DNA of 64,000 nt from Paracoccaceae bacterium (GTDB taxonomy: Bacteria; Pseudomonadota; Alphaproteobacteria; Rhodobacterales; Rhodobacteraceae), in assembly GCA_965221405.1 (NCBI GenBank), contig CBDCSE010000003.1:209480-273479 (forward strand), read 5' to 3'. A program made the position numbers and the translations under genes. Below the pieces are notes generated by a model, which did not search any database, had not been told where the DNA came from, and saw nothing but the letters and a program-made list of their open reading frames with translations. Below are positions 20,118-28,882 of this stretch, piece after piece; the first letter of the stretch is position 1, and each line of letters begins with the position of its first letter.

Positions 20118-20543
20118 ATGGCTGAGGCCGCCTTCAACATGATCGCCGAGACCCAGCGCCTGCGCGACGCGGGACTCCCGCACGGGCAGGCCGAGGCCGT
20201 CACTCTGGCGATCCATGCCGGCGTCACCGGAGGCGTCGCCACGAAGGCGGACCTCGAGGCCCTCAGGGGCAGGGCCGACGTGCTCGACACGAAGATCGAC
20301 AGCCTCGGCGACAGGCTGGACACGAAGATCGACAGCCTCGGCGACAGGCTGGATGCCAGGATCGACAGCCTCGGCGACAGGCTGGATGCCAGGATCGACG
20401 GGCTCGGCGACAGGCTGGATGCCAGGATCGACGGGCTGGACACGGAACTGAAATGGATCAAGGCCATCGGCGGCGTGATCGTCGCCATCCTGGTCCTGCC
20501 GTGGCTGGCCGGGATCCTCGGAGTGGCCCTGCCGGGACCGTGA
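20118..20543 (+). CDS. DUF1640-like coiled-coil protein with C-terminal transmembrane helix
   Basis: N-terminus ...ETQRLRDAGLPHGQAEAVTLAIH...ATKADLEAL; an 11-residue repeat D(T/A)(K/R)ID(S/G)LGDRL present 4.6 times; then IKAIGGVIVAILVLPWLAGILGV. Confidence 0.55.
   Translation: MAEAAFNMIAETQRLRDAGLPHGQAEAVTLAIHAGVTGGVATKADLEALRGRADVLDTKIDSLGDRLDTKIDSLGDRLDARIDSLGDRLDARIDGLGDRLDARIDGLDTELKWIKAIGGVIVAILVLPWLAGILGVALPGP
20286..20438 (+). repeat. 33-bp in-frame tandem repeat, 4.6 copies
   Basis: GACACGAAGATCGACAGCCTCGGCGACAGGCTG twice, then GATGCCAGGATCGAC(A/G)GCCTCGGCGACAGGCTG variants. Confidence 0.9.
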
Positions 20544-20549
20544 TGCCCG

Positions 20550-20582
20550 ACCGGGTGCGGCGTGAAGCCGCCGCCACCCGGT
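20550..20582 (+). terminator. GC-rich 13-bp hairpin just after the stop codon (no U tract)
   Basis: ACCGGGTGCGGCG-TGAAGC-CGCCG(C)CACCCGGT, starting 7 nt after the TGA at 20541-20543. No T run follows, so intrinsic-terminator status is uncertain. Confidence 0.3.
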
Positions 20583-21173
20583 TGACGTCCCCGCCCTTCC
20601 CGCCATCCGTCCGGAGAGCGGCGTAATCCGCAACCTTCCCGCCGTGCCCGTCCCGCGCCAGCCGTGGAACGTCACGGAGCCGTCCGGAAGGATGGCCGCG
20701 AAATGGTCACCGAAGCTTTTCGGGAACGTCGTCCGCCGCGACGGCGGTAAACCGGCCGCTGGCGGCAAGGTGCCTGAGCAGTCTGGCAGTCGGTCGTGGA
20801 ATGCGCGAGGGGGTGGCGCTCCAGGGCTTCGTCACAGGAAGCACAGAGCCGCCGTCATCGATGTCAATATGCCGGAGCCTGGCTCCAAGTCCACTTTACA
20901 TGTTCCTGACTCACGGAGTAGGGATTCCTTCAACCCGGAAACCGGATGGTCAGGGAGATATGGTTATTGGGGCATGAAACTTCCCGGCTCTCAGCGCTTC
21001 GCTCAGGAAGGGTTTCGGGTATTTCGCGGCACCGGTGGCGTAAGGTGCCGATTCCGGCTCAATCGCGACGTTACCTACATCGGACAAACCGTAAGTGACG
21101 ATTCAATCCCGTGTCCGCTCGAGAGAGGAAGAATGATCAGATATCAAACTGGCCGATTGCCGGAAGCCGCTGA

Positions 21174-21986
21174 ATGAGGCTGCTTTTTCTGGGTGATGTG
21201 GTCGGCCGATCCGGCCGACGGGCCATCTGCGAGCGACTCGGGAACCTTCGTACCTCCTGGGATCTCGATTTTGTTGTGCTTAACGCGGAGAACGCGACCG
21301 ATGGAGCCGGTCTGTCGCCCAGCCATGCGAAGTCGCTTCTGGATGCTGGGGCAGACTGCATCACCCTTGGTGATCATGCCTTTGACCAGCGTGACCTGCT
21401 CCAGTTCATCGATCGGGAACCGCGCGTGCTTCGACCGTTGAATTTCGCGAAGGCCGCACCCGGGCAGGGTGCACGGGTTTTCAGGGACCCACGTGGCCGC
21501 AAGATCCTGGTCGTCCAGGTTCTCGGCCAGATTTTCATGAAAAAGCCCTATAGCGACCCGTTCTCGGCCATTGACACTGTGCTGGCGAGATATCCTTTAG
21601 GTGGCCAGGCCGTGGCCTCTCTCGTCGATATGCATTGCGAGGCGACATCGGAGAAAGCCGCGATGGGTTTATGGTGTGACGGTAGGGTGACGGCTGTATG
21701 CGGTACGCACACCCACATACCGACGGCCGACGCGAGAATTCTTCCAAATGGTACGGCGTATGTGACGGACGCCGGTATGTGCGGCGATTATGACTCAGTG
21801 ATCGGAATGGAGAAAGATGAGCCGATGCGGCGCTTCACGACCGGGATGTCGGGCGGTCGGTTCAAGCCAGCCAGAGGTAAGGCGACACTGAGTGGGGTCT
21901 TTGTGGACATGGATGACAGAACCGGAAAGGCCAGGCGGGTCACGGCTGTACGGGAAGGCGGTCTGCTTCCCTCCGCAGCGCCGTGA
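21174..21986 (+). CDS. ymdB: YmdB-family metallophosphoesterase (2',3'-cyclic-nucleotide 2'-phosphodiesterase-like)
   Basis: MRLLFLGDVVGRSGR...VVLNAENATDGAGLSP...ITLGDHAFDQ...GTHTHIPTADARILPNGTAYVTDAGMCG. Confidence 0.85.
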   Translation: MRLLFLGDVVGRSGRRAICERLGNLRTSWDLDFVVLNAENATDGAGLSPSHAKSLLDAGADCITLGDHAFDQRDLLQFIDREPRVLRPLNFAKAAPGQGARVFRDPRGRKILVVQVLGQIFMKKPYSDPFSAIDTVLARYPLGGQAVASLVDMHCEATSEKAAMGLWCDGRVTAVCGTHTHIPTADARILPNGTAYVTDAGMCGDYDSVIGMEKDEPMRRFTTGMSGGRFKPARGKATLSGVFVDMDDRTGKARRVTAVREGGLLPSAAP

Positions 21987-22013
21987 TTCAGGTTTTGTGA
22001 GATCCTCATTGCG

Positions 22014-22949
22014 ATGAGGGGTCAGGAGCGGGACCGCATGTTCCTGATTGTGGTGCTCGCCCTTCTTGGCACTGGGTCGGGCCTGACCCAGACGCTGTCG
22101 AAAGTCGCGGTAAGCGAAGGTTACCGGCACTTCGGGCTGGTTGCTGGCAGCTTGCGATCTCCGGTGGCATACTTGGTGGCATGACATCTGGCCGCGGCAG
22201 GCTTCTCCACTGCGTTGGCCGCAGCTCAGGCTCCATGTATTCATCGCACTGATCGGCACAGTGACTCCCGGCAGTGCTTCCTATAAGGTGGTGGTTTACC
22301 TTCCCACGAGCATTATGTCGGGTTCTGCCCGCGCTCGTTCCGATATTTTCCTTCCCGATCGTTTTGGCGCTATCAACCGACCGGTTCTCGTTGCGGAGTC
22401 TGGATGGGCTTGCCTGTGGTCTGGTCGGCGTGTCTTTCCTGATCTGGCTTCATGCAAGTCTGCCGGAATGCCGGATGGCGGCGCTCATTCCACTCGCTCT
22501 GGTGGCGCCGTTACTCTACGGCCTCGCCGGCAATGCCGTGGCCAAGTGGGTACGGCAGGGCTGGATCCCATCCAGATTCTGTTCGGCGCGTCAGTGGTCA
22601 ACGCCCTGATTTCCGCACCGCTGGCGATAGGCACCGGCCATTGGATAGATCCGAGGCCACCATGGGGTGTTCCCGATCTCGCGCCTGCGCTCAGCTCGGT
22701 CATCCACGCGGGTGTCTTTGCGATGTATGTCCGGCGTGTAGGCCGCAGGTGCCGTGTTCGCCGCGCAGGTCAGCTATCTGGTTACAGGGTTTGGCATTGT
22801 CTGGGCCATGTCGCTTCTGGGTGAGCAATTCGGGATGGGTCTGGGCGGCGATGGTGCTGATGTTCGTCGGACTGTTCCTGGTCCGTCCGCGGGGCTGGGG
22901 GCTTGAGGATGGCGCCGGAGGCAGGCAGGATGGAGCAGGGGGTGGCTAG
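22014..22949 (+). pseudogene. EamA/DMT-family transporter gene with multiple frameshifts
   Basis: Membrane-protein segments are spread over all three frames: MFLIVVLALLGTGSGLTQTLSKVAV.. ; ..HVFIALIGTV.. ; ..ALVPIFSFPIVLALSTDRFSLRSLDGLACGLVGVSFLIW...LIPLALVAPLLYGLAGNAVAKW ; GLDPIQILFGASVVNALISAPLAIGTG ; WVWAAMVLMFVGLFLVRPR. Confidence 0.6.
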
Positions 22950-22959
22950 GCGAGGAACG

Positions 22960-24738
22960 ATGAGCCTGATTGCCTTGTCTCAGAATGGTGAATCGCTTCT
23001 GGCGCTGGCTGTCGTGGCGGTAATGTTCGTGCTATTCATGCAGGAGCGCTATCCATCCGAAGTCGTCGCGATCGCCGGCGTTGCGGTGATGCTGTGCACA
23101 GGTCTTCTGCCCTATCAGGATGCGCTCGAAGTGCTTTCAAATCCTGCGCCGTGGACCATCGCCGCAATGTTTATCGTGATGGGGGCTCTGGTGAGGACCG
23201 GTTCACTTGAGGTGGTCACGCGATATGCGCAGCGCTGGGCCGCGACCAGTCCCACGCTTGCCCTGGCTGGCCTCATGGCATTCGTCGCGCTCTCTTCGGC
23301 CGTGGTCTCGAATACGCCTGTGGTCGTCGTGATGATTCCGGTCGTCGTGCAGTTTGCGGGCAGGTTGGGGATCCAGGCGTCGAGACTTCTAATTCCACTC
23401 AGCTATACGGCGATTCTCGGCGGCACCCTGACGTTGATCGGCACGTCCACAAACCTACTGGTCGACGGTGTAGCCAGGGCCCAGGGTCTTGAGGCCTTTT
23501 CCATCTTCGAAGTCACGCCCCTGGGACTAATTCTGGTGGCATGGGGTGCGCTTTACCTGCGCCTCTTCGGCCCCCGCCTGCTGCCTGAGAGACAGAGTCT
23601 GGCAGGTCTTCTGGGTAACCGGAAGAGCATGAAATTCTTCACCGAAGTGATGGTCACGCACGGTTCCAGCCTGATTGGCAGTCGCGTTCTGGACGTCCAG
23701 ATGTTCAAGCGGGAGGACGTGCGCCTGATTGACGTGATCCGTGGGGATGCCTCGCTGCGGCGCGATCTAGGGGAGGTCGTGCTGCAGGCCGGAGATTTGG
23801 TGGTTCTCAGAACGCGGATGACGGAACTGTTCGACCTGCAGCGCGACAGGTCACTGCGGCCCGTTGACCAGATTTCTTCAGTCCAGACGGAGACCGTGGA
23901 GGTCCTGATAACACCCGGGTGCAGGATGGTCGGCCGGTCACTCGGCGAGCTCAGGCTACGCCGCCGCTACGGTGTCTACCCATTGGCTGTGCATCGGCGC
24001 AATCAGAATATCGGTCGGCAGCTTGATGAATTGGAGGTGCGCATCGGCGACACTCTATTACTTGAGGGATCGGTCGAGGACATCGCGCGGCTGGCGCAGG
24101 ATATGGCTCTGGGCGGTGTCTCAAAGCCGTCTGACCGAGCTTTTCGGCGTCGCCATGCGCCGTTCGCGGTGGGCGCTCTGCTATCGATTGTCGTGCTCGC
24201 GGCTATTGGGGTGGCACCGGTGCTTCTGCTGGCGGTCATTGCGGTCGCAGGTGTTCTTGTAGTGCGGTGTATCGATGCGGATGAAGCTTTCTCGTTTATC
24301 GACGGACGGCTTTTGGCATTGATATTCGCCATGCTGGCCGTAGGTGCCGCGCTGGACGCCTCTGGTGCCGTGCTCATGATTGTCGACCTCCTTGTACCAC
24401 TGCTCGGGTGGCTGCCACCGTTTCTGGTCGTCTGGGCCGTCTATCTTATGACCTCCGTTCTGACGGAACTGGTTTCGAACAACGCGGTCGCGGTCGTTGT
24501 GACGCCGATTGCGGTAGGCCTTGCGCAGGCGCTCGGTGTCGACCCGCGCCCGCTGGTTGTGGCGGTGATGGTTGCCGCGTCGGCAAGTTTCGCCACTCCG
24601 ATCGGATACCAGACAAACATGCTTGTCTATGGCCCTGGCGGTTACAGGTTCACGGACTTCATGCGGATTGGCATACCGCTTAACCTCAGCGTCGGGTTGC
24701 TGGCATCCGCCGTGATTCCCTTAATTTGGCCGCTCTGA
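22960..24738 (+). CDS. SLC13/DASS-family permease with two central TrkA-C (RCK-C) domains
   Basis: 592 aa from MSLIALSQNGESLLALAVVAVMFVLFMQERYPSEVVAI.... A soluble middle region (..GSRVLDVQMF..DVIRGD..; ..GRSLGELRLRRRYGVYPLAVHR..) lies between two multi-TM halves. Confidence 0.8.
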   Translation: MSLIALSQNGESLLALAVVAVMFVLFMQERYPSEVVAIAGVAVMLCTGLLPYQDALEVLSNPAPWTIAAMFIVMGALVRTGSLEVVTRYAQRWAATSPTLALAGLMAFVALSSAVVSNTPVVVVMIPVVVQFAGRLGIQASRLLIPLSYTAILGGTLTLIGTSTNLLVDGVARAQGLEAFSIFEVTPLGLILVAWGALYLRLFGPRLLPERQSLAGLLGNRKSMKFFTEVMVTHGSSLIGSRVLDVQMFKREDVRLIDVIRGDASLRRDLGEVVLQAGDLVVLRTRMTELFDLQRDRSLRPVDQISSVQTETVEVLITPGCRMVGRSLGELRLRRRYGVYPLAVHRRNQNIGRQLDELEVRIGDTLLLEGSVEDIARLAQDMALGGVSKPSDRAFRRRHAPFAVGALLSIVVLAAIGVAPVLLLAVIAVAGVLVVRCIDADEAFSFIDGRLLALIFAMLAVGAALDASGAVLMIVDLLVPLLGWLPPFLVVWAVYLMTSVLTELVSNNAVAVVVTPIAVGLAQALGVDPRPLVVAVMVAASASFATPIGYQTNMLVYGPGGYRFTDFMRIGIPLNLSVGLLASAVIPLIWPL

Positions 24739-25112
24739 GGAGTCCCGCACCCGGCGGCGGACCCCGAGATCGAAGGTAAGGGTTCGGGAGCGACAGTCAA
24801 AGGGGTTGCCCCGCGGGACGGTAGGAGGACTTGCGTGGTGCAATTCTTCTACCATACGGCACCCGTTCCATCCAGAGGGCCGGACGCGCGACGCCCCTGA
24901 CCCGGCGGGTTCGCGTCAGCCGTTTCGCCGCTCGATCGCCCGGATACGGAGCGGTCCCGCCCGGTGCTCCCTGCCCGAAACGACCCCCAGAGCCCTGACG
25001 TCCCGTTTCGCCCATTATCCAAGCCGACCCCCGGGCAGGTCGGGCTTCATGGATTATTGTTTGCCTTTACGGTTTCATCGTGACATTGAGACGAAACCGA
25101 AGGGAGCGATCC

Positions 25113-26421
25113 ATGACCGCAAGCGTCATCCCGCCGGGACCGCGCCTCCATACACCCGTCGGCCATGCCGTTCGCACGGGGGAGATGGCCCATTGCCAGT
25201 ATGAGCACCTGCACGCGGCGGGACGGTTCCCGGCGGAGCGTGTCATCGCTGACGCCTCCAGGGCGGGATCCCAGAAAGAGTTCATCCGTGCCCTTCGGGA
25301 CGTTGGGACCGATGTAATTCCTGACACCAGGACCGCCGAACCGAGCGCACCCGGACGCTTTCGCGGCATGGCAAAGGGTGCGCCATGGGCCGCGGACATG
25401 GAAGGCCAACCGCCGGGACCCCGGGATTTCCAGCCGGACGCGAACATCGATCTGTTCGGCCGGATCGCGCGGATGGCTGTCGGTCCCGGGGTTGCGGCCG
25501 TCATGGCGCCGACGCGTTTCCTGCGCTACGGCGCGGATGATTTCCGCTTCGCCATCGATCTGGAAAGCGTCACCCATCTGCGCTTGGCCCTAGACCGGGA
25601 GGGCGGTAAGTCGATCGACATCGGCTATTCCCTGATTTTGCCTCACACCCTCCTGCGGGACCGCACGCACCGGACCCGTCTCATGGAAGCGCTCAAAGGC
25701 CTGCCCTTCGATAACCTGGTCCTGCGCCTGTCCGGGTTCGGCTCAAACGCCAGGCCACTGTCGGTCAAGAGAACTTTCGCCGCGATCGAGGATCTGCACG
25801 GTCTCGGCTATCCGGTCCTTCTCGATCATATCGGGTGCCTGGTCGGATTGGGCGCGCTTGCCCTCGGGGTCGTTTCGGGCATCGCGCACGGAATTGGCGA
25901 GCGGGATCGTTTTGACGCAAGAAACTGGCACAAGCCACCGAGGGAGCGAAAGGAAGGCGGGTCGTTCGGGCGACCGACCTATATACCGCTGTTCGGGTTT
26001 GACAGCCTTCCGCAAGCAGGATCCGGAAACGATCGTCGCGGCTCCCAGAGGGCGGCGGCCGGTCGCGTGTCAGGATCGCGAATGCTGTCCGCACGGACTG
26101 GATTCAATGCTGCGAGAACCGCGCCATCATATGGCCCGACAGCGGTTCGCCGTGATCGATCGGCTCGGCGCAATGCCGGACACGAGGCGTGTCGAGCATT
26201 TCCTCAACGCCGATCTAAGGCGGGCCGAACGGACGGCCCGCAATCTGGCACGTCTGAAAACCGGCGACGCAAAACTGGATCAAGCGCTCGCGGCGAACAG
26301 GAAATGGATAGATGATATGACCGGGATGTTCGAGACCCTGGCGGAAAGGGAACGGCTCGCGCCACCGCCACTGCGGCGGGGAAATCATGGCGCCGCCGCG
26401 AACGAAGGCAGGGCACCATGA
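25113..26421 (+). pseudogene. hypothetical protein of about 436 aa, interrupted by a 1-nt frameshift near 26001-26008
   Basis: AAGGGAG lies 7 nt before the ATG at 25113. Frame 0 reads sensibly to ...GRPTYIPLFGFD and then becomes Arg-rich junk. The +1 frame continues ...AFRKQDPETIVAAPRGRRPVACQDRECCPHGLDSMLREPRHHMARQRF...RKWIDDMTGMFETLAERE. The stop overlaps the next start (ATGA). I did not recognise any family. Confidence 0.45.
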
Positions 26422-26786
26422 GCGAGGCAATGACCAAGGAAGCGACGCGGGGAAAGCCGGTCGTCCAGTTAATCGAGAGGCTTCGGAGCGACGGAGGTTT
26501 GAAAGGGACCGACATCGCGAATCTCGCGGGCGTGTCGAAGGCCACCGTTTCGCGCTGGTCGAACGGCCAGAAGACCCCGCACCCGAAGACGCAGCTCATC
26601 GTGTCGGACCTGTCCTATGTGGTGATGCGGCTCAGCGAGTATTACTCCAGTGAGGAGGTGCGGGCCTGGCTTTGCGCCCCTCACCCCCAGCTGGATGGCA
26701 AGCGTGCGGTTGAACTGATCAATGCCGGTCGTTCCGAGGAGGTGATCGCCATCCTGGACCGCCTTGACGCGGATGCGTATCTCTGA
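26418..26786 (+). CDS. Xre-family antitoxin with C-terminal DUF2384 (MbcA/ParS-type toxin-binding) domain
   Basis: HTH segment LKGTDIANLAGVSKATVSRWSNGQKTP. C-terminus ...EEVRAWLCAPHPQLDGKRAVELINAGRSEEVIAILDRLD. Immediately upstream of a RES-domain gene. Confidence 0.8.
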   Translation: MSEAMTKEATRGKPVVQLIERLRSDGGLKGTDIANLAGVSKATVSRWSNGQKTPHPKTQLIVSDLSYVVMRLSEYYSSEEVRAWLCAPHPQLDGKRAVELINAGRSEEVIAILDRLDADAYL

Positions 26787-26788
26787 CC

Positions 26789-27373
26789 ATGCCGGTGCGG
26801 AACGGTCCTGGGTTCCGTCGTTCCATACGCGACCCGGATCTCCTGGACGCACTGGACACGCTGGACCGGGAGCCGTACGGCGGAGCCGTCTGGCGTTCCG
26901 TCCGGGAGGGCCGGGATCCGCTGGACTGCTCACGCTCCGGCGGGCGCTGGGACGACGGTACGTTCGATGTCCTCTACACCTCCGAAACACGGCGGACGGC
27001 GGTCGAGGAACGGCGTTTTCACCTCTATCGGGGCCAGCCGATCGTTCCGTCCAGGGTAAGGTACGAGCTGTTCGAGCTGAGGGTGTCCCTTGAGGCGGTC
27101 ATGCGTTTCGGATCGCTCGACGACCTGAAAGACCTTCAGCTCGACGTCCGGAACTATGGCAGACTGTCGTATTCCAATCGGTCGCGGGAATATTTGCGCT
27201 CCCAGGAAATCGCCGAAGCCTGCGCCTTTCTGGGCGCCGATGGCATTTTGGTTCCCAGCGCGCGCACCCCGGAATCGAACAATCTGGTGATCTTCTGCGA
27301 ACGGGACACCCTGATCAAGAAGGATATCGCCCGCCGTCACGGCATGATCGATTTCCGGACGGGTGGGTCATGA
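26789..27373 (+). CDS. RES-domain toxin (MbcT/ParT family)
   Basis: 194 aa with GGRWDDGTFDVLYTSETRRTAVEE (R..E) and ...GILVPSARTPESNNLVIF (S), giving the R-E-S signature. Starts 2 nt after the antitoxin stop. Confidence 0.82.
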   Translation: MPVRNGPGFRRSIRDPDLLDALDTLDREPYGGAVWRSVREGRDPLDCSRSGGRWDDGTFDVLYTSETRRTAVEERRFHLYRGQPIVPSRVRYELFELRVSLEAVMRFGSLDDLKDLQLDVRNYGRLSYSNRSREYLRSQEIAEACAFLGADGILVPSARTPESNNLVIFCERDTLIKKDIARRHGMIDFRTGGS

Positions 27374-27666
27374 GAAAGGTAACAAAGGAACGGTTCGAAG
27401 ACCTCAAGCGAATTCTGCGGGAGACCGGAAGTCACCGCAAATGTCCGGTCTGGTCCGGACCAAACGCCAGAACGATAGAAACCAGTGATATCGCGGCTCC
27501 CATGCGGTTTTGGTCGCCACGGGCTGGCGGAGTGTTCACGGTACCCGCCGGTGGCTCAGACCGTCGATTCCATATCCCTGACGATGTCCGGAAAAGAATC
27601 TCCTCGTGGATATGGGAAAGGAAGACGATCTCCGCGCCGCGCTTATCAACCGGATCCGGGCCGTAA
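27370..27666 (+). CDS. hypothetical 98-aa protein, translationally coupled to the RES gene
   Basis: ATGA overlap with the RES stop. The ORF has plausible amino-acid composition (MRKVTKERFEDLKRILRETGSHRKCPVW...). No family recognised. Confidence 0.3.
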   Translation: MRKVTKERFEDLKRILRETGSHRKCPVWSGPNARTIETSDIAAPMRFWSPRAGGVFTVPAGGSDRRFHIPDDVRKRISSWIWERKTISAPRLSTGSGP

Positions 27667-27684
27667 TCACCTGATCTGGCGTTT

Positions 27685-28179
27685 CTACCGAAATCTCCGG
27701 CGGATGGTAATGGCCTCTTCGATGATGGCGGCAAGATAGCTTCTGATCCAGCCGTATCTCTCCGTGCTGCTCCTGCCCGGCGGCTCGTGGCATTTCACGA
27801 TTGAAGACAGTCTGCCGCCGTTGAAAGATACATGCTCGAAAGGGTTTCCGCCCTTCGCCGCCGTCATGCGGTATTTGTCGATCAGGCCGTGAATGTGAAT
27901 CCCGGCAACGCCCATTCCCCTGTTCCACGACTCGACGATCTCGTGCGTGATTCAGTCCCGGCCCGCAGTCTTGGCGCCGACAAGGACGATCGTGCAGGTC
28001 CTCCTTTCCATCTGCCCGGCGATCCATCGCCTGATCGCGGCGTCCCCGCCGCGCTTCACCACTTCCCAATCGTTATCCATTGCCGGTTCGTTTCCCTCCA
28101 CGACACCCATTTTCCTGACCTTTGCCGCGCGCCAGACATCAAGTTCGTAATGGAAGCTGTAGAACACCCTTCGTGTCAT
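27685..28179 (-). pseudogene. TIR-like (DUF1863/ThsB-type) domain protein with an in-frame TGA
   Basis: MTRRVFYSFHYELDVWRAAKVR...CTIVLVGAKTAGRD-TGA-ITHEIVESWNRGMGVAGIHIHGLIDKY...GGNPF. ORFs 27952..28209 and 27685..27915 share one frame. The TGA at 27954-27952 sits where this family normally has Trp (..R.W..yEI). Confidence 0.65.
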
Positions 28180-28183
28180 TGCT

Positions 28184-28567
28184 TCAGCCACCGACGGGTT
28201 GGAGATCACCGCCCCATACGCCTAGGGCGCCAACCATCGCAAGGATCGCCATGAGGAGGGCGCCGTAATAGCCGGACACGGACCATGACATGACGATCCG
28301 CCAGACCGGCGCCACTTGGGAGACATAGGGCGCGTAGTTCAGGTCAAAAGGTTTTACGGACCCACCGTCCACGACGGCCCCGTGGAGTTTTCTGTCGCAC
28401 CGCTCGATGTGCAGGTATCTGGCGTCCATGATTCCGAGCGAGACAACCGCGATGGCCCCGCCCAGACCCGCCAGCCAGTGGGAGGTGCCCGTCACGCCCG
28501 AGAGGACAAGGACCGCCGTGACGAGCGACACGGCCCAGGTCTTTATCTGCGCGCTGTTGCCGGCCAT
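28184..28567 (-). CDS. small membrane protein (3 predicted TM helices), operonic with the TIR-like gene
   Basis: 127 aa. Hydrophobic segments: IKTWAVSLVTAVLVLSGV, WLAGLGGAIAVVSLGIM, YYGALLMAILAMVGALGVW. The stop is 4 nt before the TIR-like ATG at 28179. Confidence 0.45.
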   Translation of the reverse strand: MAGNSAQIKTWAVSLVTAVLVLSGVTGTSHWLAGLGGAIAVVSLGIMDARYLHIERCDRKLHGAVVDGGSVKPFDLNYAPYVSQVAPVWRIVMSWSVSGYYGALLMAILAMVGALGVWGGDLQPVGG

Positions 28568-28838
28568 GCGCGTGAAGACGCTTCTTTCCGGCCACCAGAC
28601 CCCTTCCTCCTGCGCCGGGGCCGCCTGGCCAGGGGTTTCCCGTTCCCGTGCGCCGCGCCCGGTCAGATTCCGGAAGGTCCACGCTTTGGCAAGCTAGGTA
28701 TATAATTCCCCATCCAATCCCAGAATTCGCCTCGCACTTACGGCCTCGATTTATCTGGCTGAACGCGGACGCTGCCACATTGCCTGTGAGAAGCTCTCCC
28801 GCCTATGGTTGAACCCATGAGCGGGGAAACCAAGAAAC

Positions 28839-28871
28839 CTATTCTTCCTCAGCCGGGGCGTTGCGCTTTCC
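28839..28871 (-). pseudogene. C-terminal fragment of the YegP/DUF1508 gene split by IS30
   Basis: Minus-strand reading ...GKRNAPAEEE-stop (TAG at 28841-28839) fits the usual ..VK.NAp.A.. end of DUF1508 domains. Confidence 0.4.
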
Positions 28872-28882
28872 GCGCCCCCCGA

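Noticed and set aside
20286-20438. Regular 33-bp repeats considered as a CRISPR-like array
   Set aside because: The repeats are contiguous, with no spacers, are in frame, and lie inside a protein-coding gene.
20544-21173. Possible decayed 5-formyltetrahydrofolate cyclo-ligase gene upstream of ymdB (FNPETGWSGRYGYWG vaguely like FD..G.RLGYGGG)
   Set aside because: The similarity is weak, scattered over frames, and based only on remembered motifs and an expected neighbourhood. It cannot be supported without a profile search.
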